NCBI GenBank assembly: GCA_965113315.1
Contig: OZ220382.1
Length of the DNA: 64,000 nt
Reading direction: 5' to 3' (one strand)
Origin: Podarcis vaucheri
Taxonomy: Eukaryota
The notes under the pieces were generated by a model that did not search any database, was not told the DNA's origin, and was given only the letters and a program-made list of their open reading frames with translations. Position 1 is the stretch's first letter, and the number at the start of each line of letters is the position of its first letter. This document shows, piece after piece, positions 10,002-23,273 of the stretch. A program made the translations under genes and the position numbers.

Positions 10002-11997
10002 CATTTATATACCTCCACAGAGCTTAAGACAGCATTTATGGTTCAATACCCTGGTTCATTGTATGCTCACAATAACCCTGTGAGGTATGTTAGGCTAAAA
10101 GGTAGGTTAAGAACTGACTCAAAGTCAGCAACAGAGTTTTATGGCTGAGTGGAGATTTGAACCCCCTATTCTAACCTAACAGTCTAAGGGCTCATCTATG
10201 CTTAACTTTTGCCCCTTGCTTTCTAGGTACAGGCCTGCATTTTAAAGTGCCACATCCAAAAGTTTTCTTTTTCTTTCCTGACTTAAAGCATGAGTTATAT
10301 GAATTCTAGATGGAACCCCAGCCTGTAATCTGGCCATTGCATTTGGACATTGCAGTAATCCAGTCTAGATTGTACCAGAGCATGGAGTACCATTGACCAA
10401 GTCATCTCTGTCCGAAAGGGGTCGCAGCTGGCAAGCCAAACTTAGTTGGAAAAATGTACTTCTCGCCAGTTGAACAGAAGTTGTCTAATGGCACTCTCTG
10501 GAATTGGTGCCTTAGAAGGCAGTGGACTTGCATTCATTATAGGTTTTTAAGCAGAGACTGGATGCCCACATATTAAAGAACTTCTGTAACAGAAGTTCTC
10601 CTGAAGCAGCAACAGATTACACAAAATTGGTGTTCTCCAAACTCGGGTCCCCAGATTTTGTTCAACTACATTTCCGATCAGTCCCAGTCATGGGCTAAGC
10701 TGACTGGGAATTATGGGAGTTGTAGTCTAACAGCATCTAGGGCTCCAATGTTGGAGAACTGTGCCTTAGATGACATTTGAAGTCCCATTCAATTTTATAA
10801 TTATAAAGCTTTAGCAAAGAGATAAGGAAACTATTGGCTCCCACAGACCAAATTTGACAAGTGGGCAAGGCAATTCCCCTGTCAATCACATGATGTCATT
10901 ATGACACATTTTGCAGCACTCTTTGCAGCAGTCTTTCCCTTGCTTTAAAGATTTTTGGAGGGATCTTTAAAGGGGAGGACACTGCTTCAATGAGCACTTG
11001 CTTTAAGCCAGTCCCCATGCTCTCAGTTTGCAGAGCTCTTTGTAGCAGTCTCTCCCCCCGCCCCCTTTAAAGATCGCTGGAGCTGCAGCCATCTCTCTGC
11101 CCTTTAAAGTTCATGGGGATACAGGGACTGCCATAAAGCAGCCTCCCCCTTTAAAGAGCACTCTTTAAAGAGGGGGGCACTGCTTCAGATAGTGCTGCAA
11201 AACAAGTTCCTGTTTCTTCACCACTATGTGGTGAGGAAGAAGAAAAAATAGTCTGCTTGCTTTTGCTGCACATGGAATGAAAGCAAGCAGACCTGGGGTT
11301 TTTTGGAAACCCAGCCCCAACCCAGTCCTTTTTTAGAAGCTGAAGGTTCTGCCCATCAGCTCACTTAACCAGTGATGCCAGCTGATGAGTGGACTTGGTT
11401 TGCGGCAAAAGGCCACCTGAGCCAAATTGGAGCCTTTGATGAGCCCAGATTTACCTATAGGCCAGAAGTTGTCCACCGCTGCTGTAGCACGATCCAATAA
11501 GGGGGTGTCATATTGAGCTACACAAGTAGCATTTGCATTACGCAACACATTCCATTTGATGGGGTCCACTCATTTTTCTTATTAATTAATCAACATAATT
11601 AATGCAATACTTGGTTATCATTAAACCTCTAGCATAAGTTACTCCCATCCTGCCACATGAGAAGGACATGTCCTCCAGAATGGTGTGATATGGACAATCC
11701 AATCCCAACTGGCATACAAAAAGGTTGATAGGATGTAAGGGAAAAAAATCCTTAATTAATGTAAGACATACAAGAAGTCCAACTGGATTGGACAAATGTT
11801 CCATCTGCCAGTGACCACCCAAAGGTCTCTAGGAAGCCCATGAGCAGGGAGGAAGAAAACAGGCATAGTTTTTTGTTAGGTCCCCAGCAGCTGATACTCA
11901 GAGGAATAGTGCTTTAGAACCCAGTGGTTGTGTATAGCAATCATGACAAGTAGCCAATGATAGATAGATCCTCCATTAATCTGCCTAATACCCCACT

Positions 11998-12250
11998 GGG
12001 AGAGCCAGTGTGGTGTAGTGGTTAAGAGCGGTAGTCTCCTAATCTGGGGAACCGGGTTCGCGTCTCCGCTCCTCCACATGCAGCTGCTGGGTGACCTTGG
12101 GCTGGTCACACTTCTCTGAAGTCTCTCAGCCCCACTCACCTCACAGAGTGTTTGTTGTGGGGGAGGAAGGGAAAGGAGAATGTTAGCCGCTTTGAGACTC
12201 CTGAAGGGGAGTGAAAGGCGGGATATCAAATCCAAACTCTTCTTCTTCTT
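11998..12250 (+). mobile_element. Full-length Squam3-like SINE, inserted in a CR1 3' remnant
   Basis: GGGAGAGCCAGTGTGGTGTAGTGGTTAAGAGC (A box), GGTTCGCGTCTC (B-box-like), MIR-like core GGGTGACCTTGGGC, (CTT)n tail. Confidence 0.9.
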
Positions 12251-12344
12251 TAAAGCCATCCAACCTGGAGGTCATCACCATATCTGGTAGCACAAAAAAA
12301 CCCTTGCACCAAATATTCTCACCCACAAAACAAGGTCCAAGACT

Positions 12345-12531
12345 GGGGATGTAGTGGAAATTTGATTCAGTTTTCATTTAAAGGTGAATTTATCTAATTT
12401 GCACTTTCTGAAACAATGTGCAAACTTAAATGCCACATCCTCCGAAGTTTGCATTTCTCTGAATTTTGCTGTTTACTTCTCTAGCCAAGTAATGTATACA
12501 AAAATGCATATACTAAATGGAAGTGTAATAT

Positions 12532-12569
<38 letters not shown>

Positions 12570-12790
12570 TATTAGTGAAAAGAAATAGAGGATTTTGCCA
12601 AAACGTGTATATTACACATTATTCCATACATATATGTGTATATTTGGAGAAATTTACACTAAGATGCTGGCGAATTTTCTTGAGAAGTTTTTTTTTTAAA
12701 AGTGCAAACCGATGTGGACTTGTGCAGAACTGAGCTTAAGAATATAGCACATGGGGAGAAAGTGAGAAGAGGAGAGAAACTGGCATTGAC
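12345..12790. mobile_element. Abundant older AT-rich non-autonomous element (unassigned)
   Basis: Shared motifs (CATTTCAGTT.CTC..TTTTTCCAATCTTAAG, CTGAATTTTGC...CAGTT.TCCAGCC, AAAATGCATA) recur at ~19300-21680 (split), 23970-24535, 30270-30910, 44930-45430 and 61730-62090. Confidence 0.55.
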
Positions 12791-13523
12791 ATTGACATAT
12801 TCACCCTGGCTAGGGAATTGGAGTCCAAAAACATCTGGAGGGCCACTGGTATTCTATCTCTGTCTGACATCCACAGAAATAAAGTAGTCACAAAGGTCCA
12901 ATTCTGCATCAAAATCAATGAGTTTCAGTTTAAGTTTTAGGACCAGAGTGTTAGATACTTTTCCTAGATCTAACCTCATTTGCACAACAACATGCTATAT
13001 TGAACCATAATTTCGCATTGCCAAAGACATAAAAACTTCTCTCCCCACCCCACCCAAAAAAGGTGAAAGTGAGGGGCAAGAGAATTCCCAATTCTCTAGA
13101 AGATACTAAAATATTTATAGCCTCCAAATGTCCTCATCAGAAGATGCAATAAGGTGCTGATGTCATTCGGCCCCTCTCTAACCCCAGTATAAATGAGCAA
13201 ACTGGGAATAACATGCCTGAAGTTAAAGGAAATTCACTGGAGTAAATCTGAGCTGCATTATTCTGAATTCCAGCTGCCACTTAGCTTGATGTGAATACAA
13301 AAAGAATATTGTGTTTACAAACCTCAATCCTGTCCCAAGAAGCAAATCCACCTGACTTGACTATTCCTGCTGCACAAATGAAACAGCAATGCAGGTGATC
13401 TGACACCCTTTTCTCCATAGCAAAACAGTACTGCATAGGGAAGAAATAACCAATACCATTATACTATCACAGTGCCTTATTCTGTTCTTATGACCCAATC
13501 TGCTCCCACTGCAATACATTGTC

Positions 13524-13524
<1 letters not shown>

Positions 13525-13554
<30 letters not shown>
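13525..13554 (+). repeat. (CAG)n microsatellite
   Basis: About 10 tandem CAG units. Confidence 0.95.
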
Positions 13555-13555
<1 letters not shown>

Positions 13556-13737
13556 GTTTCAGGTCACACACTTGGGTCATATCCACACTCTACCTTCCAT
13601 GCACTCATAATTTTAATTCTCATGACTCCTCCCCTTGGAACTGCTGTTTGTTAAGGTGTTGCCCATCACAGAACTACAATTCTGAGCACCTTTAGCAAAC
13701 CACAGTCCCCAGGATTATTTGGGAGAAGCTACAATGC

Positions 13738-13978
13738 TAGTTCAAAAGCAGTTTGAAAGCATGTCAAAGTGCAAGTAGATAAATTAGCTACCACTCTGGC
13801 GGGAAGGTAAACAGCGTTTCCATGCGCTGCTCTGGTTTGCCAGAAGCAGCTTAGTCATGCTTGACCACATGACCCGGAAGCTTTATGCCGGCTCCCTCGG
13901 CCAATAAAGCAAGATGAGCACTGCAACCCCAGAGTCGTCTGTGGCTGTACCTAACGGTCAGGGGTACCTTTACCTTTA
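13738..13978 (+). mobile_element. 5'-truncated Sauria SINE
   Basis: Matches the 3' part of the copy at 28053; (ACCTTT)n tail; TSD TACAATGC at 13730-13737 and 13977-13984. Inserted into a palindromic MITE. Confidence 0.9.
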
Positions 13979-16236
13979 CAATGCATAAAGCGGTATAATA
14001 GTGCTTTAAATGTATGGTGTGGTTGTGGCCTTAGTTTGTCTCAACTGCCTCTTTGTTTCTGCAAAATCCCCTTTCGTTGGAAGTGACTGCCATTTTAATT
14101 CTATGGGATTTACTCCCATGTAAACCTGTTCAGGATCGAGTGTGGGCAGCTCAGTACCTGAAGGGGTTGGTGCACCCATGCAGAATCAATGACACAGTCA
14201 GTGCGGAAACGATGACATTTCCCCCAAAGTTTATTTCCACCTCTTCCCCTGCCTTCAGTACTCCTTAGAACTAAACAAACTAGGCCAATGGGGATTTATT
14301 ATGTTCTCTCCTGCTTTGCTTTTGCTTTTTCAACTAGTAGAAGAAAAATTTGTGATTTTTCCTGAGACCCTGCCTGTACAAATCATTATTTTCCTGAGCT
14401 TGCATTTGAGGGGCGACTTGATTAGGCCTGCTTGAAACTCGCAAAATCTCACGACCTCTTTGCTTTGGCCCCCAGGGCTCTCTCGTGCTGAATGTAGGAC
14501 TGGATAATAGGTTGCGAAGGCATTCATTATGTCTTTGGTTCCTGTGGCTGTTTAGTGTGCTAGAAGGTGGATGGCTTTAATCACTGCCCTCGAGGCTTGT
14601 AGCTCCAAGGCCAGCAGCCAGTTTGCACTGTTTACTTGTACAGAATCTTATTTTCCTTAAGAGAGCAAATTGGGTATATCATGTTATTTGGTAATGAATC
14701 AAGTTCCTCAATAAAGTCCAGGAACTGGTTAAGTACGTGAGTGCTTGTCTTTCTCTACAACTTTCTTTTTTTAAACAAAAAAACAAAAAACTTGTGTCTT
14801 GTTCAGTCTGTGGTGTTTATCTAATAGACTTAGTTTGACTTCTTGTGAAAGTCTTCAATTACTTCTCCTTTCCTTTCATTTATACAAGAAGGCAATTTCC
14901 TCCTCCTCTGGCACCCCTTTGTTCCATTGTGTGCCAGCCTGACTTTTTCTTGAGTCATTTCTGCTGCATCCACAGACATGGAGGCAAAAGCAAGGGAACC
15001 AATTTTATCAGCTGCATATTGCAGCTCATGTCAGTGCATATAGAGAGAAGACATTCGGGCATTTAACTATTAGCTACTAGCTACAATGGCTTATGTTCTA
15101 CCTGCACTGTCAGAGGCAGTGTTCCCCTGAATATGAATGGGTATGGGAGACCCAGGTTGTGTTTTGGGGCTATCTGGTTGACCACTGTGAAAATAAGATG
15201 CTGGACTTGATGGGCCATTAACCTGGTCCAACAGGTTATTCCTTTGTTCTTATTCAGTTACTGTGCTAGGGAGGCAGTAAAAACTAGGACGAGACAAAGG
15301 GCTTGTCCACACTTAACATCGTTCTGCATTTCTAGGCATAGGTCTGAGCACTTCCCCACCTCCCTCCCCACACCAATTTTCCCTGGGAAAACCCATTGAA
15401 TCAGAGCAAACAGCCATCTATGGAAACCTCAAATTGCTGTTTGTTCTGATTCAGGGGTAAACATTGGGCTTTCCTGGGGAAAGTGGGGGGAGGGGGAGCA
15501 TGCTCAGACATGGATTGGGAAAGCATGGTCCTAAGCCTTGAAAGTGCAGGGCAAAAGGTCAGTGTGGATGAGCCCAAATGAAGTCAATGGAAAGGGCTAG
15601 CTCCATTCATGATGCTATACAAGCTACAGCAACCAACTGATTATTAAGGCTTACATTGTCCCATGCAAGTCCCTTTGCTCAGGCCAAGTCTTTATCTGCC
15701 CAGCATCCAGTGTCATACAAGATGCCAGGCGTAGGGTGGGTGGTGCAAAGTAAGGAGGCACGCTGGGCCTAATTTGGCCCACAGACTACAGGTTCCCCAT
15801 CCATGAGCTAGAATGCTTAGTTCAGACATAGTGCAATCTGAAGTTCAAGCTCAGTGGGTAGCCATCAGCAAGTCTCTCTGTCTCTGTCTCTGTCTCTCTG
15901 CTCTGGCTACTCCAGTGTTTCTCAAACTCAGGTCTCCAGCTGTTTTTGGACTACAGTTCCCATCAACCCTGACCACTGCTCCTGCTACTTAGGGGTGATG
16001 GGAGTTGTAGTCCAAAGGCAGTTGGAGTCCCAAGTTTGGAAAACCCTGGCTTATCCAGTTGTTGTGAGTCCAAATCAGAAGTGGGTTTAGGAACCCTCCA
16101 GATGTTTTAGACTACACTTCCCATCAACCACAACCACTGAGCATGCTGGTTGGGGTTGATGGGAACTGGAGTGCAACAACATCTGGATGGTGGCAAGTTT
16201 CCCCATCCCTTCTACTGTCCAAGCACCCCTGGATTC

Positions 16237-16253
16237 CACACACACACACACAC

Positions 16254-16286
<33 letters not shown>
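16237..16286 (+). repeat. (CA)n microsatellite
   Basis: About 25 CA units with one interruption. Other simple repeats: (AC)n ~12537-12567, (CT)n ~22894-22918, (GA)n ~45628-45650, (GAAA)n ~53032-53063. Confidence 0.95.
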
Positions 16287-16288
<2 letters not shown>

Positions 16289-19200
16289 TCGAGCTTTCAG
16301 TAAACCTCTAAAATAACGACTTCCTTTTCAACTTGGCCTTCTGTCCTTGAGATACCACAAGATACCATCTTTTTAATAAAAATAAAATAAAATGCAGTCA
16401 ATTTCTTCTAACTGGTGCTGGCAAACGAAGATTGACTGTTTTTAATGTACATTTCAATTTTCAGTGCTTTAGCAGGCCATGAGGGAAATATAGGAGTCCT
16501 AACCGCTTAGCAGAACGTTGTCATTATGTCAATACAAGATCATTATAATAAAACACTCCTGTCTGCTCCCAAGTTTTTTTATTAAAAAAATCCAGCAATA
16601 ATTTGATGCATATTTTGTATGAATCCTTCATTTAACTTGGTGGGAAGCAGTATAATGGTTGGTCCTATTGTGATTATTCTAAACTGGTCTTCATTATCAA
16701 TGCAGAAGGGCATAAGGCATTCAAGAGTTCTGTGCTTGGCTACGGATGTTAATTCCCAGCAAAATGACAATATAGGTAGTTCACCAGAACAGACTGATTC
16801 ACACCTAGATTTTCATGTTGATCTTTTCCTTCATTACAGGTGGTTGGACTAGATGACTCTTGGGGTCCATCAGATTCAGGCATTGTCCACAATGACTGTC
16901 AGCAGCTCTCTAGGGTTTCAGGCAAAGACTATTCCCAACCCTACCTGGGATTAAACCTGGGACCTTCAGCATGCAATTCAGATGCTCTACCACTAAGTTG
17001 CAAACCTTCTGAAGGGAAGGGGGCCAGAGGAGGATCAGCTCCAGGGAACTTGTTTTATCACCTACCTCTTGTTCCTGCTATCCGGATCCAACTGCCAGTT
17101 GTGTTCAGACTCTGCTATCAGCCAAGGAGCCAATGGTCACTGGTCCCTTGCCTCTCAGGAAGAACATCATTGCAAGAAGAAGACCATGTATCTGCCAAAG
17201 CCATGGTAGTGTGGTGGACAAGGAGTGCTGGTCCAGGACCTGGGAGACCAGGGTCCAAATCTTCATTTGACCATGAAGCTCACTTTGGGTGACCTTGAAC
17301 TAGCCACTACCTCTCAACCGAACCTACCTCACCATGTACTCCACCTTGAGTACCTTGTAAAAAAAGATGGGATAAAAATGGTTCTTTCACTACCAGAAAG
17401 AACCCTGAGCTCCACCTCCATCAAAGAGGTGAGAGGAAGCATACATTATCCCCTCACAGGATCTACAAAGTTGTCAAGCAATGGGCAGGCTACCATATAT
17501 AGCTGGGGGGCCTGCATAGGTGCTGTGGGACCAAGACCAGCCCAAAACATTTTGCTTCCTAGTGGCTATATGCTTCATCAGTTTTATACCAAGTCAGACC
17601 ATTGACCCATTCAGCACAGTAGTGTCTACACTAATTGGCTGTGACTCTGTAGAACTTCAAGCAGGGTTCTCTTGCAGTTTTTCTTCTGCATGAAAAGCAG
17701 ATGCTCTATGGTTCTTCCTTGCCCGTGTAACAAGCCCAAATGACTTCAGCACTGGTGCTTGTATAGTACCCCCCACCCCCCAAGCTAAAGGCAGCAAGCT
17801 GCTTTTGAGGCCACTGGACCTCTCTGGCTTCCAACAAAGGGGCCTCTGAAGGAGACTGAAGTGGCAGCCTCAACCTCCCAAATGGTGGAGCTGGCCTTGT
17901 GTGGGTCATGATTATCCTCGCTTATCCTGACATTAAGAAGGCTTTTGATTCCATTTTACAAATAATACAAAACAAAGGCCTGGGCTTTGAGAGGAAGAAA
18001 AATGCCTTTTCATTTCTTCTGTGGATATGCCCCAAAAAGATTGAATATATGCTGTGTTGTTGTTGTTGTTCCTTCTCCTTTCAGCATCACTTTCCCCCTA
18101 TCCCTTTCCTCTTCACTTTTAACATTTTTTCTCTCCCGCTCCTTCTCACCTATGAATTATGTTTTGCTCACAAAACAGCATCTGGACAGAGAGCCGGCAA
18201 ATCAAGCTGTACTGATGGAAGGCAGCCAAGGATGCTCTGAGGCTGCAACAAGGTGTGCCAAGCCAACACAGAGGTGAGCTGGGACTTGGCACTTCTTTCC
18301 TCATGAGCTTGTGCAAGCAGCTCTGCCACTTGGAGAGTCTCCCTCTTCCCCGATTGCATATAACTGTCATTCTCTTAAGGCAGGAATGGATCAATCAAGC
18401 CGGGTTCATTGCTACACTGGTTGCAATTAATACAGAAGTGACAGCTATGGAGCATGGCCATTTCTTTGCTATGTCCATCTTTTATAGCTATTGGGAAAAG
18501 ATGCTCCTCCGTGGCCCAGCTGATGCTGCCCACCTTTGGCATTCCAGTCTTCTAAGGAATGAAGGGTCAGGACAGGGCAAGGTATGCATTAAACCACCTC
18601 TGCCCCCCCCCCAATCCTCAGTAAAATGAATCTTGTTGTTTCAGAAAATTTAGATGTATGATTTAAGGAACAGTATTACTTCTTTGTTCAATGAGAAATG
18701 ATGCATTATGAATTAAATGAGATAGCTGACTCTTAACCATATGGGCAACTGATCCATAACCTAGCTTACAGATTGCAACAGTATGAGGGTTCTTCTCATT
18801 CTGTTCTGACCCATTTCTATGGTGGTATTAGATATTTGCATATTTCAATTCCTCCATTTGAAAATGTGTGCTGTCTGTACCTGTGGTTTGCATTCTAATC
18901 CCAGGTCTCTCAGACTCACTGACAGACAACAGGCATACCTTTCTGAAGAACACAATTGATCCTAATTGAGGACCAGACTTAGATTTTTATCCCAACTGAT
19001 TGACCTTCACAGAAATTCCACTGGTTTTTAATGTTCCATGGCTGCCCTTATCAAAGCATGAAAATGTTTGTGAACATTCCATTTCATTTCAGCAGTTCAC
19101 CAAATGCCTGAGGGGTGGGCAGCTCACACACAGATGACAGAAAACCACGAATCTTTCAACTTTCATTTTTTCCACCAGTACAATCCACCACTTTAATAAC

Positions 19201-19369
19201 CCATTCATTCAGCATTTAACTCTCCAGGTGAAATCAGAGGCACTTAAGATTGCTTATGTGCAGCTGGATTATTCTCAGTGAGTTAAGTAGCCCATTACTA
19301 GGAGTGGACAAAGTTGTCAATTTCAGTTCCTCATTATTCCAATCAATTCTGCATCAGTTTCAAATTTTA

Positions 19370-20604
19370 TTTTTTTTATAATAATATTTATTAGTTTTCC
19401 AACAAATTGAACACAACACTACAAAAAACCAAAATAGAAAAAATACAATAATACAATGCAATACAAAAAAACACCTACAAAGCACTAACATACAACTAAT
19501 AAAACAAAACAAAAACCATTTAAAACACAGTCCAATTTCAATATCTTATCTTTCTTTCACTAATTTCCACGACTTCCTCACACCTCCCTTTTTGTATTCC
19601 ACTTCTATTAATTATTTCAGCAATTCCTTTCCATCTTCCTCTGTTTTCTATCCTATAATTTTCTTAACACATTCTAACCTTATTTTTCCCTTTAATGCTC
19701 TAATAATCTATTTATACTTAATTCCTTGTAATATTTCTACTAAAGCCATATAACTTCATTCCAACATCTTTCTAACATTCATTAATTTTACAGTATTTCT
19801 GTAAATAGTCTTTAAACTTTTTCCAGTCTTCTTCCACCGACTCTTCTCACTGGTCTCGGATTCTGCCAATCATTTCCGCCAATTCCATGTAGTCCATCAA
19901 CTTCATCTGCCATTCTTCCCTGGTGGGTAAATCTTGTGTCTTCCAATATTTCGCGATGAGTATTCTTGCTGCTGTGGTTGCATACATAAAAAAAGTTCTA
20001 TCCTTCTTTAACACCAATTGGCCGACCATGCCCAGGAGAAAGGCCTCTGGTTTCTTAAGGAAGGTATATTTAAATACCTTTTTCATTTCATTATAAATCA
20101 TCTCCCAGAATGCCTTAGTCCTTGGGCACGTCCACCAAAGGTGAAAGAATATACCTTCAGTCTCATTACATTTCCAACATTTATTATCGGGCAAATGGTA
20201 GATTTTTTGAAGCTTAACTGGTGTCATGTACCACCTATAAATCATTTTCATTAAATTTTCTCTTAAGGCATTACATGCCGTAAATTTCATACCTGTGGTC
20301 CATATCCGTTCCCAGTCAGCCATCATTATGTTATGTCCAACATCTTGTGCCCATTTAATCATAGCTGATTTCACCGTTTCTTCCTGAGTGTTCCATTTCA
20401 ACAGCAAGATATACATTCTTGACAAATTCTTAGTTTTTTGGATTTAACAATTCTGTTTCCAATTTTGATTTTTCCACCTGGAACCCAACTTTTTTGTCCA
20501 ATTTGTATGCCTCCATTATTTGATAGTAATGGAGCCAATCTCGCACTCTTTGTTTTTCAATTTTTCAAAGCTCTGCAATTTTATTCTCTCTCCATCTTGT
20601 TCCA
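19370..20604 (-). mobile_element. 5'-truncated L1 (ORF2 C-terminus, 3' UTR, poly-A)
   Basis: ORF 19847-20425 has the L1 Cys-rich motif CWKCNETEGIFFHLWWTCP..KAFW; T-tract at 19370; 17-bp TSD ATCAGTTTCAAATTTTA at 19353-19369 and 20605-20621. Confidence 0.95.
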
Positions 20605-20863
20605 ATCAGTTTCAAATTTTAAAGCCTGTACAAAAATTCATACTCACAGTCATCTCCATCTCTCTTAAAACATACTTTTTTGTGCATAACTTTGCAAGCA
20701 ATTTTCCTGAATACAATGTGTTTTTGTATAGTATACTTTGCAAATATATGCATTTTTGTGGGCGCTTTCCCCCAAGATATGCATGTAAGTATGCGTTTTG
20801 GGGTTGGAAAACCGCAATTTGGAGAAGTGTGCATTTTGAACGATAGCTATGTTTTTGTGTGTT

Positions 20864-21561
20864 TTCATCTCCGCCAAGCTAAGCAGTTGGCCCCTTATCT
20901 CTCTCGCCCTGACCTAGCCACTGTGATCCATGCGACGGTAACCTCCAGACTGGATTATTGTAACTCGCTCTACATGGGGCTGCCCTTGAGACTGACCCAG
21001 AAACTCCAGCGGGTGCAGAATGCCACGGCGAGACTCCATACGGGGTCTTCGCTGTGAGATCACATTCATCCAGTGCTATACCAGCTGCACTGGCTCCTGG
21101 TAGAGTACGGGATCAGGTTTAAGGTGCTGGTTTTAACCTTCAAAGCCCTATACGGCCTAGGACCCTCGTACCTACGGGACCGCCTCTCCTGGTATGCCCC
21201 ACAGAGGAACTTACGGTCTTCAAATAAAAACATCTTGAAGGTCCCAGGCCACAGAGAGGCCTAGAGCCAGGGCTTTTTTGGCTGCAGCTCCAACCTGGTG
21301 GAACACTCTGTCACAAGAGACCAGGGCCCTGCGGGACTTGACATATTTCCGCAGGGCCTGCAAGGCAGAGCTGTTCCACCAGGCCTTTGGTCAGGGCGCA
21401 GCCTGACTCCTTCCTTTGGCAATCTTTACAGAACTTTAGTATGGCTGCCATCGATTTTGATTTTAATTAATTTTTATAATGTTTTTAGAATGCTGCACTA
21501 TTTTAGTGTTGTTAGCCACCCTGAGCCCGGCTTCGGCTGGGGAGGGCGGGATATAAATAAA

Positions 21562-21612
<51 letters not shown>
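20864..21612 (+). mobile_element. 5'-truncated L2 LINE
   Basis: ORF2 C-terminal motifs VTSRLDYCNSLYMGLP...KLQRVQNA and LHWLLVEYGIRFKVLVLTFKAL; (TAT)n tail ~21563-21612. Confidence 0.93.
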
Positions 21613-21613
<1 letters not shown>

Positions 21614-23137
21614 TGCTTGGGAGGGGTAGATAAGGTAGGTTTGCATTAAAATGTGAACCAGGCTTATTTATCCCCTATCTCTATCCATTACCTAAGTCCT
21701 CACTATTAGGACTCCTAATTCAACGAGTTCTTATGCAGTACCTGTTTCAAATGTAGACGGACAAAATATTCACAGCCAGACTAACACATTTTTGATGATG
21801 ATAAATCATCTGAGCAATGGGAAATCTAAATGGACAATGCATGGGTTCACCAAGAAAAGGAAGGGAGTGATTCCTTTTAACATCACTGGCTTGCCTGTAG
21901 CAACTCCTCTCCGCTTTCTTAAATTCCCCTTGAGATTTTAAACGGTAAATGTGTTCCTTCGTTTTCCCATCACAAGGTTTGTTGTAGAGCACGAAGTGAC
22001 AACTGTTCTATCCCCAGCACACAGGCAAAACACAAACTCACCAGTGACAGCATTTCTTTGGAGAGTTGGTGGCTTGCTATATTTTTATACATATATTAAA
22101 AAAAAAACAACCAGTGACATGCAGTTTGCTGCAGTATAGTCCCAGAGGATGCTGGCAGAGGGGATCTGGGGCAGGGGAAGAACCCCAACAAATCAGCTTC
22201 TAAATCAGTACATTTTTGTCTTCTGGGTCTGCTTCTCGGGAAGTAGGGCTTCCCCATTTGGATGATTGTTGGTCACTTCCAAACCATTCATTTAAAGCAC
22301 TCTTATACCACTTTGAGACCCATGGCTTCCACCAAATAATCCTGGGAACTGTAGTTTGTTAAAGGTGCTGAGAGTTGTTAGGACACCCTAATTCCCCTCA
22401 CAAAGCAACAGTTTCCAGTATTCATTCCTAGTATACAGTTCTCAGGATTCTTTAGGGGAAGCCATGACTTTTATAGTGCTATAGGAATGTTTTACATGTC
22501 CGGTGTGGATGAACAGGGATGGATTATGGCTCCTTCCATCGCTGGCAATGGGTCATGCTGGCTAGGACTGATTGGATCTGACTCTCACAACATCTGGAGG
22601 GCCACAACCCCCCCCCCTTTTGCCATGCCTGTGTTATAAGCAGACAAAACTAGCTCTTTGAAGATCTCTGAGCAAAGTCCACAACTCAGCCCCTATAGCA
22701 GGTGAGGAGAGATGGGATAGAGTTGCAAGGGAGCCTTTTTTAATATATGTTTTTTTATACTATAGTTTTCCTATCACATTAACCTGGTACTGCATTGCCT
22801 TGTGTATGGTGCCAGGGAGGTACAGTGGTTAAAAGCATAAAATTAGAAGCAAAAGATACAGATTCAAATAATCCCACAGCTCTCTCTCCCCAACTCTCTC
22901 TCTCTCTCTCTCTCTCTCCCCCTCCCTCCCTCCCACCTTCCTCACCCCTCAGGGTTCTTGTGAGGATAAAATAGATTCCCCCACAACCAGCAGAAATCCC
23001 CTTGGATACTGAATAATTAAATGGAAGTTATCTGTCATTTTGCAGGTTCTTCTCCTGAATAATGAGGACTAGAATTTTTATAATAATAAAATAACAAAAG
23101 GGATTACATTTTCAATATTGCCATGGGACATCTAGGT

Positions 23138-23273
23138 CAGGCTTCCTCAACCTTGGCCCTCCAGATGTTTTGAGACTACAGTTCCCATCATCCCTGACCA
23201 CTGGTCCTGCTAGCTAGGGATCATGGGAGTTGTAGGCAAAAAACACCTGGAGGGCCGAGGCTGAGGAAGCCTG
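23138..23273. mobile_element. hAT (URR1/Charlie-like) MITE
   Basis: TIR CAGGCTTCCTCA...TGAGGAAGCCTG; TSD ATCTAGGT/TTCTAGGT. Degenerate relatives at ~10628, 15912, 16085, 28615, 34050, 39380, 44100, 47495, 52266 and 59694. Confidence 0.88.
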
